From: Thermoanaerobaculia bacterium
GTDB lineage: Bacteria > Acidobacteriota > Thermoanaerobaculia > UBA5066
NCBI GenBank assembly: GCA_963719225.1
Contig: CAVRAY010000002.1
Span: forward strand, 608,001-672,000
Length of the DNA: 64,000 bases
Direction of reading: 5' to 3'
Position numbers and translations under genes: made by a program. Position 1 is the first letter of the stretch. The number at the start of each line of letters is the position of its first letter. The notes below the pieces were generated by a model that was not told where the DNA came from, made no database searches, and was given only the letters and a program-made list of their open reading frames with translations. Positions 8,842 to 19,301 of this stretch are shown here, piece by piece.

Positions 8842-9461
8842 GACGCCCCCACGCGTTCGTCCTTCCCGTCCTCCTCCTGTCCGTCGCCGGCCTTGCCGGC
8901 TGCGGCGTCGACTTCGTCGGCGGGCCCGTACGCGTCGCCACGCATGGCTACCGCGCCCGGGTCACGTTCAAGACGGACGGCCTCGAGACGGACTCGTACG
9001 AGATCGCCGTTCGGGGAGCGCTCCGGAGGAAGGGTCTCGGCGACGGCCCGGCGCTCATCGTGGACACGGCCGCGCGGAAGGCGTGGCGGGTCGCGGCCGG
9101 TGGCCGTTCCGCGGCGCCGGTCGAGTACGCCGAGGCTGAGAGGGAGTTGCCGCAGGGGATCCCGCTCGAGCCCGGCTTCGACGAGAAGAAAGAGGCCAGC
9201 CGGCGCAACGTCGCCGTTTACCACCGCGAGAGCGACGAGGTCTTTGCGGGACACGCCTGCGCCATCTGGCGGTTCGACGACGACCCTTCCGCCCTCAACT
9301 CTCCGACGACGACCTACTGGGTCGCGACCGACCTCGATCGTCTCGTCGTGCGCTGGGAGCGGGAGATCCCGTCCCCGGGCGGGAAGGGGACGAAGAATGT
9401 GATCAACCTCACCGACGTCCGCGTCGGGGCTCCCCCGAAACTGTTCGTCCCTCCCTCCTGA
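8838..9461 (+). CDS. Putative lipoprotein
   Basis: Lipobox LAGC; ATGA overlap with the previous gene. Confidence 0.7.
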   Translation: MRRPHAFVLPVLLLSVAGLAGCGVDFVGGPVRVATHGYRARVTFKTDGLETDSYEIAVRGALRRKGLGDGPALIVDTAARKAWRVAAGGRSAAPVEYAEAERELPQGIPLEPGFDEKKEASRRNVAVYHRESDEVFAGHACAIWRFDDDPSALNSPTTTYWVATDLDRLVVRWEREIPSPGGKGTKNVINLTDVRVGAPPKLFVPPS

Positions 9462-9535
9462 GACACGGGCTCAGTTCTTGCTGTTATGCTCCGCGCCCTC
9501 CGGGGCAAATAGGAAATATCCGAGGAGTGTCTTCG

Positions 9536-10387
9536 ATGAACTGCACCAGAACGCTCACGGTCGCGCTCGGCGTCTTCGTCCTGGCCTTCACGGCCTCGGC
9601 CCAGACGCCCAAGGATCCGAAGTCGCCGATTCCCGGCTTTCCCGACGGCCGGGGCCCGACCGGCCCCGTCACGCTCAAGATCACCTCGCCGAAGCCGGAC
9701 GAGCTGATCCCGATCCCGCCCCCGGCGGCTGGACAGCCCGACGGCACCGGCGCGGCCGTCGAGGTCAAGCTCGAGCTGACGGGCTACGAGGCGTTCCAGG
9801 ACCCGGTGACGAAACGCGGCCAGTACGTCGCGCTCATGCTCGACAACTTCCCGACCGTCTTCGCGTACTACGACGTCGCCAAGCCGTGGCTCTTCAAGAA
9901 GGTTCCGAAAGGGACGCATCTGCTGCGGGCGTTCCCGATGCGCCCGTGGGGCGAGTCCATCAAGGAGGACAGCGCGTTCGCGACGGTCACGTTCTCCGTC
10001 GGCGAGAAGGACGGCAAGAACGTGAACCCGCCCGGCGCGCCGCTCCTCACCGTCGACTCGCCGCGCGGGAAGATCAAGGCCGACAACGGCCGGGTCCTCC
10101 TCGACTTCCTCGTCACGGGTTGCCTGATCGCCGACAAGACCGCCTCCGAAGCCGCGTGCCGCGTCCGCTACAAGATCGACACGGAGAAGGAAGTCACGCT
10201 CGACAAGGAAGACGCCGTTTGGCTCGAGAACGTCACGCCGGGCCGGCACGCCTGGGTCGTCGGGATCACGAAGGACGACAAGATCGTGCCGGGAGCGTTC
10301 ACGCTCGTCCAGGGCGCCTTCGACCTCGAGGCCCCGGCGAACGCCGCCCCGCCCGCGGCGCCGCAGGGGAAGGCGACCGGCCAGTAA
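9536..10387 (+). CDS. Secreted hypothetical protein (Ig-like domains)
   Basis: Signal peptide; GAGGAG SD; L.ITSPK, GTH.LRAF..RPW.ES.K motifs. Confidence 0.75.
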   Translation: MNCTRTLTVALGVFVLAFTASAQTPKDPKSPIPGFPDGRGPTGPVTLKITSPKPDELIPIPPPAAGQPDGTGAAVEVKLELTGYEAFQDPVTKRGQYVALMLDNFPTVFAYYDVAKPWLFKKVPKGTHLLRAFPMRPWGESIKEDSAFATVTFSVGEKDGKNVNPPGAPLLTVDSPRGKIKADNGRVLLDFLVTGCLIADKTASEAACRVRYKIDTEKEVTLDKEDAVWLENVTPGRHAWVVGITKDDKIVPGAFTLVQGAFDLEAPANAAPPAAPQGKATGQ

Positions 10388-10397
10388 AATCCCCCGG

Positions 10398-11423
10398 ATG
10401 AGCCTCGTCTACGGCCGCTCGGGGAGCGGCGAAACGGGCGTGCGGCCCTGCGCCGTCGATCCGCCTCTCGTCCTCGCTCCGATGGCGGGGATCACGGACA
10501 TGACGTATCGCCTGCTCCTGCGCCGCATCGGGGGAGTGGGTCTCGTGACGATGGAGTTCGTGTCGTCCGAGGGCCTCACGCGCGGGAACCGGCGGACGGA
10601 GCGCCTCCTGCGCTTCGATCCGGCCGAGCGGCCGCTCTCCGTCCAGATCTATGGAGCCGACGCCGAACGGATGGCGATCGCGGCCGCCCGCGTCGAGGAG
10701 ATGCAGGTCGACGCCTGCGACATCAACATGGGCTGCCCCGCGAACAAGGTGCTCAAGGGCTGCGCGGGGGCGGGCCTCATGCGCGACCTCGTCAAGGCGC
10801 GCGCGATCGTCGCGGCGTGCCGCAGGGCGCTCCCGACGACGCCGCTCACGGTCAAGTTCCGCCTCGGGTTGAGCGACGAGACGGAGAACTACCTCGAGCT
10901 CGGTCGCATCTGCGAGGGCGAGGGCGCCGCCGCCGTCGCGCTTCACGCACGGACCGCGAAGCAGATGTACACGGGCCGCGCCGACTGGTCGAAGATCGCG
11001 CGCCTGAAGGAGGCCGTCTCGATTCCGGTCGTCGGGAACGGGGACGTCTCCTCGGCGGACGACGTCCTCGCGATGTTCCGCGAGACCGGCTGCGACGCCG
11101 TGATGTGCGGCCGCGCGACGATGAAGAACCCGTGGATCTTCAAGCAGGCCGCCGACCTCCTCGCCGGCCGGCCCTGGCGCGAGGCGACGCTCGCGGAGCG
11201 GCGTGACGTCATCCTCGAGCACTTCCGCCTCATCCAGCGCGACCAGGAAGACCTGCCGAAGGCGATGATGTCGAAGCTCCGGACGTTCACGGCGTGGTAC
11301 ACGCACGGCCTCCCGAACGGGTCGGAGCTGCGCCGGCGGATCGGCAGCCTCGAGAGCCCGCAGGCGTTTCTCGACGCCGTCGAGGAGTTCTTCGAGACGC
11401 ACGCGGCAAGTGTCGCTGCCTGA
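10398..11423 (+). CDS. dusB: tRNA dihydrouridine synthase
   Basis: LAPMAGITD, QIYG, DINMGCP, TVKFRLG, LHART, IPVVGNGDV. Confidence 0.93.
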   Translation: MSLVYGRSGSGETGVRPCAVDPPLVLAPMAGITDMTYRLLLRRIGGVGLVTMEFVSSEGLTRGNRRTERLLRFDPAERPLSVQIYGADAERMAIAAARVEEMQVDACDINMGCPANKVLKGCAGAGLMRDLVKARAIVAACRRALPTTPLTVKFRLGLSDETENYLELGRICEGEGAAAVALHARTAKQMYTGRADWSKIARLKEAVSIPVVGNGDVSSADDVLAMFRETGCDAVMCGRATMKNPWIFKQAADLLAGRPWREATLAERRDVILEHFRLIQRDQEDLPKAMMSKLRTFTAWYTHGLPNGSELRRRIGSLESPQAFLDAVEEFFETHAASVAA

Positions 11424-11472
11424 GGGCTCGCGAGTCGCGGCCTGAGCGCTCGCGCGCGGCGGCCTGACCCGC

Positions 11473-12906
11473 TCAGTACGTCTTCGGAACCGCGTCCTTC
11501 GCGAGCGGGCTCACGTAGGGCTTCCCGGCCGTCGCCTTCTGGAACTCGGCCTTCACGGCCGCGACCGTGGCGGGGTCGCCGAGGAGGTCCGTCGCCGAGG
11601 AGGCGAGGACTTTCGCGGCGACGAGCATCCCCTTGACGCCGATCGGGCTCGCGGAGCACGAGGCGACGTCCCAGTGGTGCCAGGGCGCCCCGACGGGAGC
11701 GGTCTCGACCGCGAGCTCGATGAGCGGGTACGCCGCGCTCACCTCCCCGGTGTCCGACGAGGCGCTCACCCCGCGCCCCTTGACGTACGGGAGGACGTCG
11801 GTCGCGAGTCCCTTCTCCGGGATTCCGACCTCCCTCTGGATCGACTTCGCGAGGGCCTGGTCGGCCGCGTCCCACTTCGGCGCGCCGATCCGTTCGAGAT
11901 TTCTCTGGACGACTCTCGAGAGCGTCTCGTTGTAGATCGGCTCGCGCGTCGAGGCGAGCACCGTGACCTTCGCGCGCGTCTCGGTCGCGAGGCCGGCGCC
12001 CTCGGCGGCCTTCCGGAGCCGCCCGACCATCTCGTTCACGTGGTCACCGTCCGCGTCGCGGACGAACCACTGGACGCGGGCGTAGTCCGGGATGATGTTC
12101 GCGGCGAGACCGCCGTCCTTGATGACCCGATGGAGGCGCGCCGTCGGCAGGACGTGCTCGCGCATGAGCGCCATCGCATGCTCGAACACCTCGACGGCGT
12201 CCAGAGAGCTGCGTCCGAGCCAGGGATTTGCGGCCGCGTGCGCCGTCTTCCCGAAGAACTCGACGTCGAGGGCCGTGATCGCGAGCCGGCCGCCCGAGTA
12301 GAGGTAGTTCTCGGACTCGGGGTGCCACGCGAGGACCACGTCCGTGCCCGCGAAGACCCCGTCGCGGAGCATGAACGTCTTGCCGAGGATCTGCTCCTCG
12401 GCGGGCGTTCCGTAGACGCGGATCGTGCCGGGCAGCTTTCGCGAGAGGCGGGCGTGATTCGCCGCGACCGCCGCCGCGACCGCGGCGGTCCCGAGGAGGT
12501 TGTGGCCGCAGCCGTGCCCGGGGGCGCCGGCGACGGCGGGGTCCTTCCGCGCCTCGCCTGCCTTCTGAGAGAGGCCCGGGAGCGCGTCGTACTCGGCGAG
12601 GATCGCGACGACCGGCGCGCCCGCGCCCGCGCTCGCGACGAACGCGGTCGGCATTCCGGCGACGCCCCGCGTCACGGTGAAGCCCTCCTTCTCGAGGATC
12701 TCCTCGAGGAGCGCGGACGACTTCGTCTCCTTGAGAGCCGTCTCGGCGTAGTCCCAGATCTTCCTCGAGACCTCCTCCCAGCGCGCCGCGTCCGCGTCGA
12801 GCAGCGCGTCGGTGGCCGCGGCGGACGGAGCGGACCGGGCAGCCGGGGCGGACGCGAGAGCGGCCGCGAGAGCGAGCGCGGTGGAGGGGCGGAAGGAGAT
12901 TTGCAT
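11473..12906 (-). CDS. M20 family amidohydrolase (AbgB-like), secreted
   Basis: GMPTAFVA, ILAEYDALPGLSQ, GHGCGHNLLG, GTPAEE, WHP, F.GK.AHAA. Confidence 0.9.
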   Translation of the reverse strand: MQISFRPSTALALAAALASAPAARSAPSAAATDALLDADAARWEEVSRKIWDYAETALKETKSSALLEEILEKEGFTVTRGVAGMPTAFVASAGAGAPVVAILAEYDALPGLSQKAGEARKDPAVAGAPGHGCGHNLLGTAAVAAAVAANHARLSRKLPGTIRVYGTPAEEQILGKTFMLRDGVFAGTDVVLAWHPESENYLYSGGRLAITALDVEFFGKTAHAAANPWLGRSSLDAVEVFEHAMALMREHVLPTARLHRVIKDGGLAANIIPDYARVQWFVRDADGDHVNEMVGRLRKAAEGAGLATETRAKVTVLASTREPIYNETLSRVVQRNLERIGAPKWDAADQALAKSIQREVGIPEKGLATDVLPYVKGRGVSASSDTGEVSAAYPLIELAVETAPVGAPWHHWDVASCSASPIGVKGMLVAAKVLASSATDLLGDPATVAAVKAEFQKATAGKPYVSPLAKDAVPKTY

Positions 12907-12962
12907 CGGGCGCCTCCGAACGGGGGATGTGTCGCTTGAGAAAGACAGCATACGATGGCGGA

Positions 12963-14867
12963 ATGCGAAAGAGACTCGCACTGGGCCTGATCCTCGCCCT
13001 CTCCGGGGCGGCCCACGGACAGCCGGCGCCTCCCGCGGACGCCCAGAAGAGCCGGATCGACGCCCCCGGGACGTCCATTCCGCTCGACGTGCGCGAGCAG
13101 TACCTCGGCAGGACGGGCACGAAGACGGCGGTGAAGTTCATCCTCTCCGTGAGCCGCGCGGACCTGAGGGGGCCCGCGAGCTCGCCGCGCGTCGTCTCCT
13201 TCACGCTCTCCGGCGTCGTGAGCGACACGAAGGGCGGGAACGTCGACGCGTTCCGCATTCCCGCGGACGTCGACCTCGGCGCGGACGCGAGCGCGCCGGT
13301 CTCGATCACGTTTCTGAGGCCTCTCCCTTCGGGGACGTTCGAGGTGCAGTTCCGGCTCGAGGGCGCCCTGGGCCGCGCCGTCGCGACGCGCGCCGTGACG
13401 ATTTCCGTTCCGGAGATGACGTCCGAGTTCCGCGCCGAGGACGCCGGTACGGATGCGGGCGGCCTCCCGAGCGCGGCGGCCGTGGTCCTCGAGTCCGAGA
13501 ACCGGCAGGTCGCGCCGCCGGATGCGGGCAACCTCGTGAAGATCGTCGCGCCGCAGACGGAGGTCCCCGTCGGGCTGCTGAGGATCGGCTGCGAAGTGAA
13601 GCCGCCGGTCAGCCGCGTCGAGTTCTGGCTCGACGACCGCAAGGTCCTCGTCAAGAACCGCGCGCCGTACGAGGTCGAGCTGGACCTCGGAAAGGTCCCG
13701 AAGAAGCAGACGCTGAAGGCCGTCGGGTTCGACGCGCACGGGAACTTCGTGGACGCGGACGCGTGGGCGATCAACGAGAAGGACGCCCGCCTTTCCGTGC
13801 GCCTCCTCGAGCTGCCGAAGGAGAAGGCCACGGGCGACATGGTCGAGGTGAAGGTCGCGGTCCAGGCCATGGCGGGCGGCACGGCGACGAAGCTCGAGCT
13901 CTGGCTCGACGACCACAAGGTCAAGGAGTGGACCCGTCCGCCGTACGTCGCCATGGTGCCGACCGCGCAGATCCAGAAGGCGACGCTCATGCGCGCGACG
14001 GCGACGGACGAGTCGGGCAAGGAGTTCACGGACCTCAAGCTCCTCAAGGGCCAGTCGCGGTTCGTGTCCCGGATGGAGGTCGATCTCGTCGAGCTGCCCG
14101 TCTCCGTCTACGACGCCGAGGGGCACCTCGTGAAGGGCCTGACGAAGGAGGACTTCACGGTCACCGAGGACGCCGTGAAGCAGGAGCTCACGAGCTTCGA
14201 GTTCGCCGAGTCGCTCCCGCTGTCGCTCGGGATCGTGATCGACGGCTCGGGATCGATGAAGGACGCGATGCCGATCGTCCACCAGGCGGCCTCGGAGTTC
14301 GTCCAGAAGCTCGTCTCGAAGGAGAAGGACCAGGGGTTCGTCGTCGAGTTCCGCGAGCGCCCGACGCTGCTCGCGTCGCTCTCGCATGGCGCGCTCGATC
14401 TCGAGCGCGCGATCGCCGAGACGCACGCGGACGGCGCGACGGCCCTCTACGATGCCGTCGTGATGGCGCTCTACCAGTTCCGCGCCACGCCGGGCCGCAA
14501 GGCGGCCGTCGTCCTGACGGACGGCGACGACAACCACTCCTGGACGGACTACCCGACGCTGCGCCGCTACGCGCGCACGGCGGGCGTCCCGATCTATTTC
14601 ATCGGCCTCAACCTCTCCTTCCTCGAGACGGGAATCAAGGGGCGCATGCGCGAACTCGCGGCCGACACGGGCGCCGAGGCGTTCTTCGTGGGCAAGGCTG
14701 CCGCGCTTCCCGACGTCTACCGGACGATCGAGACGGAGCTGCGCTCGCAGTACTTCCTGAGGTACCTCACGAACTCCCAGAAGGGCGAGAACCAGTTCCG
14801 CGCGATCGAGGTGAGGCTCAAGGACCCGAAGCTGAGGGCGAAGACGATCCGCGGGTATTTCCCCTGA
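12963..14867 (+). CDS. Secreted Ig-like + VWA domain protein
   Basis: LGIVIDGSGSM (MIDAS), TALYDAV, VVLTDGDDN; GL.KEDF.V.ED motif of acidobacterial VWA proteins. Confidence 0.88.
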   Translation: MRKRLALGLILALSGAAHGQPAPPADAQKSRIDAPGTSIPLDVREQYLGRTGTKTAVKFILSVSRADLRGPASSPRVVSFTLSGVVSDTKGGNVDAFRIPADVDLGADASAPVSITFLRPLPSGTFEVQFRLEGALGRAVATRAVTISVPEMTSEFRAEDAGTDAGGLPSAAAVVLESENRQVAPPDAGNLVKIVAPQTEVPVGLLRIGCEVKPPVSRVEFWLDDRKVLVKNRAPYEVELDLGKVPKKQTLKAVGFDAHGNFVDADAWAINEKDARLSVRLLELPKEKATGDMVEVKVAVQAMAGGTATKLELWLDDHKVKEWTRPPYVAMVPTAQIQKATLMRATATDESGKEFTDLKLLKGQSRFVSRMEVDLVELPVSVYDAEGHLVKGLTKEDFTVTEDAVKQELTSFEFAESLPLSLGIVIDGSGSMKDAMPIVHQAASEFVQKLVSKEKDQGFVVEFRERPTLLASLSHGALDLERAIAETHADGATALYDAVVMALYQFRATPGRKAAVVLTDGDDNHSWTDYPTLRRYARTAGVPIYFIGLNLSFLETGIKGRMRELAADTGAEAFFVGKAAALPDVYRTIETELRSQYFLRYLTNSQKGENQFRAIEVRLKDPKLRAKTIRGYFP

Positions 14868-15891
14868 CCTCGAGTGCCACGGCACGCGTGTGGGCGGCGG
14901 TCGTCCCGCAGCAACCGCCGGCGAGCCGCGCGCCGAGCGCGACCCACTCCGTCGCGAGCGCCGCGTAGTCCTCCGGGGAGACCGGATCGCCGTACGTGTT
15001 GCCGTACGCGGCGAGCGGGACGCCGGGCGCGGCGCATGCGAGGCGCGCGAGGTCGCCCGAGAGGGCCCGGGCCGCGACGCAGTTGATCCCGAGCGCATCC
15101 GGCGGGACGGGCAGCGCGAAAAGCGCACGCGCGAACGCCTCGATCGGCTCGCCGGACAGCAAATGGCCGCTGCCATCCGTCACGCACAAGACGACGACCG
15201 GCAGTCCCGTGGCCGCCGCGGCGCGCGCGGCGGCCACGGCTTCGCGGACGGTGTTCATCGTCTCGACGAGGATGAGATCCACGCCCGCGGCGGCGAGAGC
15301 CGCCGCCATCTCCGCGTGTTCGGAGGAGATTTCTGCTTCGGAGGGGACTCGATCAGGTCGGTAGCAATCCTCGAGAGGTGCCAGCGAACCGGCTATTGAG
15401 ACGCCGCTGAAGATCTTCTTAGAAGGTCGGGTTGCGCCGCCGCTCTGGCTCGCGGCTCTACGCCCCTCGTCCAGCGGTGCGCCGCCCCTGCCCATGAGCG
15501 CCGCCGGGCGCCTCTGCTCCGCGGCCTCTTCACCCTTCGAAGAAATCTTCTCTTCCTCTTCTTCCTCTTCTCTTCCCTCCGCAGCCCGTCGCGCCACGTC
15601 CACAGCCCTGGCGATGAGCTCTCGCTGCGAGAGGGAGCAAGAAGACTCTCTGACGTTCCTCCCATGCAGCCGGAAGCTCGCGATCGTGAGGACGTCCGCC
15701 CCCGCTTCCGCGTTCTCGCGGTGGATCGCCGCGACGAGATCCGGCGCGTCGAGGAGGGCCTGCGCGCTCCAGAGGGGCGCCGGGAGGCGGGCGCCGCGCG
15801 CGAGCAGGTCTGTCCCGAGGGCCGCGTCGAGGACGAGCGGCGGCCCGGAGCGGAGACGGGCGCGGAGGAGAGAGGCGGTCCGAGCGGTCAC
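14818..15891 (-). CDS. Homocysteine S-methyltransferase family protein with an in-frame low-complexity insertion
   Basis: VLDAALGTDL, AGADV, IAGSLAPLEDCYRP, VDLILVETM, GINC, GGCCGTT. Confidence 0.88.
   Translation of the reverse strand: MTARTASLLRARLRSGPPLVLDAALGTDLLARGARLPAPLWSAQALLDAPDLVAAIHRENAEAGADVLTIASFRLHGRNVRESSCSLSQRELIARAVDVARRAAEGREEEEEEEKISSKGEEAAEQRRPAALMGRGGAPLDEGRRAASQSGGATRPSKKIFSGVSIAGSLAPLEDCYRPDRVPSEAEISSEHAEMAAALAAAGVDLILVETMNTVREAVAAARAAAATGLPVVVLCVTDGSGHLLSGEPIEAFARALFALPVPPDALGINCVAARALSGDLARLACAAPGVPLAAYGNTYGDPVSPEDYAALATEWVALGARLAGGCCGTTAAHTRAVALEVRGNTRGSSSPSASGP
15409..15580. repeat. Inward-facing motif pair 1
   Basis: GAAGATCTTCTTAGAAGGT 15409-15427; TTCACCCTTCGAAGAAATCTTC 15529-15550 followed by a pyrimidine tract. 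Confidence 0.75.
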
Positions 15892-15942
15892 GACGGCCTT
15901 CCGGGGCCGAGGATATCGGGTCGCCTGCTAGCATTCCGGCCC

Positions 15943-16743
15943 ATGGCCTCAAAACGCTCCTGGGCCCTGGTTCTCGGGGCCTCGTCCGGATTCGGCGAGG
16001 CCGCGTCGCTCGCCCTTGCGCAGGCGGGCCGGAACGTCTTCGGCGTCCATCTCGACCGCAAGGCGACGCAGCCGAACGTGGACCGCATCACGGCGGCGAT
16101 CACGGCAGCCGGGGGCAGGCCTGTCTTCTTCAACATGAACGCGGCCGACGACGAGAGGCGTGCGGAGGCGATCGCCGAGATGGCGAAGGTCCTGGACGCG
16201 GACGGCGCCCGCGCGGGAATCGACGTCGTCCTCCACTCGCTCGCGTTCGGGACGCTCAAGCCGTTCCTCGCGGACGCGCCGGCGGACCGGATCGCGCGCG
16301 CCCAGATGGACATGACGCTCGACGTCATGGCGCACTCGCTCGTTTACTGGGTGCAGGACCTCCTCTCCGCGGGGCTCCTCGCCGAGGGCGGGCACGTCTT
16401 CGCGATGACGTCCGCCGGCGGGCACCGGATCTGGAAGTCCTATGGAGCGGTCTCGGCCGCGAAGGCGGCCCTCGAGAGCCACTGCCGGCAGCTCGCCGTC
16501 GAGCTCGTGACGCGGAAGATCGCCGTCAACGCGATCCGCGCGGGCGTCACGGACACGCCGGCGCTCCGGAAGATCCCGGGGAACGCCGAGATGATCCAGC
16601 GCTGCCTCGAGATCCACCCGGCAACGCGGCTCACGACGCCCGGCGACGTCGCGAAGGTCATCGTCGCGCTCTCGCAGCCCGACACGGTCTGGCTGAGCGG
16701 CAACGTGCTCGGCGTCGACGGCACGGAAGACCTCATCGGCTGA
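15943..16743 (+). CDS. SDR oxidoreductase, enoyl-ACP reductase (FabL/FabI-like)
   Basis: LGASSGFG; HSLAFGTLKP; YGAVSAAKAALE; NAIRAGVTDTPAL. Confidence 0.85.
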   Translation: MASKRSWALVLGASSGFGEAASLALAQAGRNVFGVHLDRKATQPNVDRITAAITAAGGRPVFFNMNAADDERRAEAIAEMAKVLDADGARAGIDVVLHSLAFGTLKPFLADAPADRIARAQMDMTLDVMAHSLVYWVQDLLSAGLLAEGGHVFAMTSAGGHRIWKSYGAVSAAKAALESHCRQLAVELVTRKIAVNAIRAGVTDTPALRKIPGNAEMIQRCLEIHPATRLTTPGDVAKVIVALSQPDTVWLSGNVLGVDGTEDLIG

Positions 16744-16748
16744 AGGCC

Positions 16749-17573
16749 GTGATGCCGTACGCGCGTCTCCTGCCCGTGGCCGCCTGCGCGACGCTCTCCC
16801 TCGCGCTTCTGGGAGCGTCCTGCGAGACGGTGCGTCCGACCGTGAAGGCACAGTCCGACGTCCCGTCGGCCGGGAAATTCCCGCACGGGATCTTCGGCCG
16901 CTTCCTCGAGAAGGTCGTCCATGACGGGCTCGTCGACTACGCGGCGGCCTCCCTCGAGGAGGGCACGCTCGAGGAGTACCTCGCGGAGGTCGCACGCATC
17001 TCGCCGGAGTCGCACCCGCACCTCTTTCCGACCGAGCCTGACCGGATGGCGTACTGGATCAACGCCTACAACGCGTGTGCGATCCGCGGCGTCCTGCGGT
17101 TCAACCGTCCGCAGAGCCTGAAGGAGATCGCGCACCAGTTCGACTCCGCGACGAAGTACGTCCTCGGCGGCCGCGCCCTTTCCCTGAACCAGATCTCGTC
17201 GCTCGCCTGGCGGCGGTTCACGGACGCGCGCATCCACTTCGCGCTCGTGAAGGCGCGCCGCGGCGGGCCGCCGCTCGCGAAGGATCCCTGGGATGCGTCG
17301 GACCTCGACGAGCGCCTCGAGGCCGCCGCGAAGGCGTTCGTCGCCGACCCGCGCAACGTCGACTGGAAGGCCCCGTCCCTCAAGGCCGGCTTCTCCCGCG
17401 TCATCCTCGACTTTCGCGGCGACTTCGAGCGCGAGGTGCCGTCGACCGTGTCCGGCGATCCGCGTCTCGTGGGTTCGATCAACCGCTGGCGCCCCCCGAC
17501 GGACAAGATCACGGCGATCGAGGCGTACCCGATCCCGTTCGACGAGCGCCTGAACGACATCGCGAACCGCTGA
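16749..17573 (+). CDS. DUF547 domain lipoprotein
   Basis: G.VDY, AYWINAYNA, SLN.I, DARIHFALV. Confidence 0.85.
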   Translation: MMPYARLLPVAACATLSLALLGASCETVRPTVKAQSDVPSAGKFPHGIFGRFLEKVVHDGLVDYAAASLEEGTLEEYLAEVARISPESHPHLFPTEPDRMAYWINAYNACAIRGVLRFNRPQSLKEIAHQFDSATKYVLGGRALSLNQISSLAWRRFTDARIHFALVKARRGGPPLAKDPWDASDLDERLEAAAKAFVADPRNVDWKAPSLKAGFSRVILDFRGDFEREVPSTVSGDPRLVGSINRWRPPTDKITAIEAYPIPFDERLNDIANR

Positions 17574-17577
17574 GCCG

Positions 17578-18492
17578 ATGCGCGTCGCGCGACGTGCCGC
17601 CCCGGCCCTCCTCGTGGCCGTCGTGACGGCCGGCGCCGCGTGCGGGGGACGGCCGGCCCGCGACGAGCCTGCTTCGAGTGCGGCAGCGCTCGAGCCTCCG
17701 GTTCTCGCGGGCGGGATCCCGATCGCGCCGGGTCTCACGCTGACGCTCGTTCCGAACCTCCCCGGCGTCGACGGCGAGGACGTGCCCGACCTCGCCCGAC
17801 GCGAGGTGGAGGTGCTGGAGGTCGAAAGAGGAAGACTCCGCCTGAAGTGGACCGGACAGGTGCGCGTCGAGAAGCCCGAGTCGGCCCGGCGGCGTGAGGA
17901 CTGGGTGCGCGCGCGCGCGAACGCGGCCCGGGGCGCGACGCCCGAGCCGACCGTCGCGGCCGCCTACGAGACGCGCGAGGTCGGAGGGACGCTCTTCTTC
18001 CCGAACTTCGGGACGGCGACGGATCTCCTCCTGCCCGGCCTCTGGCCCGAGGGCTTCGCGACGGTGCCCGCGGCGACGGCCCTGTGGATCTCGCCGAACG
18101 CGCGCGCCGAGCTCGAGGGCGGTGGCCGCGCGTCGGTGCCGCTGTCGGCGGCCACGCCCGCGCTGCGCGAGCCCGGCGCCACCTTCCTCCGGCGCGCGAT
18201 CGATCTCGCCGCGCGCACGCCCTCGAGTCGGCCGGGCCTGTGGACGGCGGGCCCGCGCGCCTCGTTCCGGCTCGTCGTCGACGGGCGCGACGTCACGGTG
18301 CCCGCGGTCGGCGCGCGCGACTGGTTCGCCGCGTACACGATCCTCGACGGCGCCTCGCCACCGCTCGTCCTCTCGGCGCTCCCGCAGCCGGCGTCCCCCG
18401 CTCCAGGGGACGGCCTCCCGCCCGCGCACGCGATGCGGAGCCTCCTCGGCTACCGCGTCGCCGAGATCAGGCGCCCGAAGGCCCACGGATGA
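17578..18492 (+). CDS. Hypothetical lipoprotein
   Basis: Lipobox-like GAAC; operonic spacing. Confidence 0.65.
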   Translation: MRVARRAAPALLVAVVTAGAACGGRPARDEPASSAAALEPPVLAGGIPIAPGLTLTLVPNLPGVDGEDVPDLARREVEVLEVERGRLRLKWTGQVRVEKPESARRREDWVRARANAARGATPEPTVAAAYETREVGGTLFFPNFGTATDLLLPGLWPEGFATVPAATALWISPNARAELEGGGRASVPLSAATPALREPGATFLRRAIDLAARTPSSRPGLWTAGPRASFRLVVDGRDVTVPAVGARDWFAAYTILDGASPPLVLSALPQPASPAPGDGLPPAHAMRSLLGYRVAEIRRPKAHG

Positions 18493-19286
18493 GCCGGGAC
18501 GCGGGTCTCGCCGTCGTCACGGGCGCGTCCTCGGGGATCGGGGCCGCCTTCGCGCGCGCGCTGGCGCTCGAAGGCCGCCACGTCCTTCTCGTTGCGCGCT
18601 CGAAGGAGGCGCTCGAGGCGCTCGCGGCCGATTTGAACGAGAGACGGAGCGGAACGGCCGACGTGCTCGTCGCGGATCTCGGGACGCCCGAGGGGCGCGA
18701 CGCCCTGTGGAACGCCACGGAGGCCGCCGGGCGAGAAGTCTCGCTCCTCGTGAACAACGCGGGCTTCGGCCTGAACGGTCCCGAGGTGGACCTCCCGCTC
18801 GAGCGCGTCCATGCCCTCCTCGAGCTGAACGTCGTCGCGACCGCGGAGCTCACGCACCGCTTCCTCGTCGCGATGCGCGTGCGCCGCGCGGGCGCGATCC
18901 TGAACGTCGCCTCGACGGCGGCCTTCTACCCGATGCCGTACTTCTCGGTCTACGGGGCGAGCAAGGCATTCGTCCTGAACTTCACGCACGCCCTCCACGA
19001 AGAGGCCAGGAGGGACGGCGTGACCGTGACGTGCCTCGTTCCGGGCTATACGAAGACGAACTTCCACGCGGTCGCGCGGATGAAGGGCGCCGAGGCAACG
19101 CCGTTCCCCGAGATGACGGCGGAGGCGGTCGCCAGGATCGGCCTCGAGGCGCTGCGCAAGCGCAAGGCGTTCGTCGTGACGCACCCGCTCGACCGCCTCT
19201 GGATCGCGTCCGGCAAGATCGTCCCGCGCTGGGTCCCCGCGAAGATCGGGGCGTACTTCTTCTCGAAGACGAGGCTGGATTCGTAG
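18489..19286 (+). CDS. SDR family oxidoreductase
   Basis: TGASSGIG, LVNNAGFG, NVAS, YGASK. Confidence 0.92.
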   Translation: MSRDAGLAVVTGASSGIGAAFARALALEGRHVLLVARSKEALEALAADLNERRSGTADVLVADLGTPEGRDALWNATEAAGREVSLLVNNAGFGLNGPEVDLPLERVHALLELNVVATAELTHRFLVAMRVRRAGAILNVASTAAFYPMPYFSVYGASKAFVLNFTHALHEEARRDGVTVTCLVPGYTKTNFHAVARMKGAEATPFPEMTAEAVARIGLEALRKRKAFVVTHPLDRLWIASGKIVPRWVPAKIGAYFFSKTRLDS

Positions 19287-19301
19287 AGAGGAATGGAAAT
19301 T

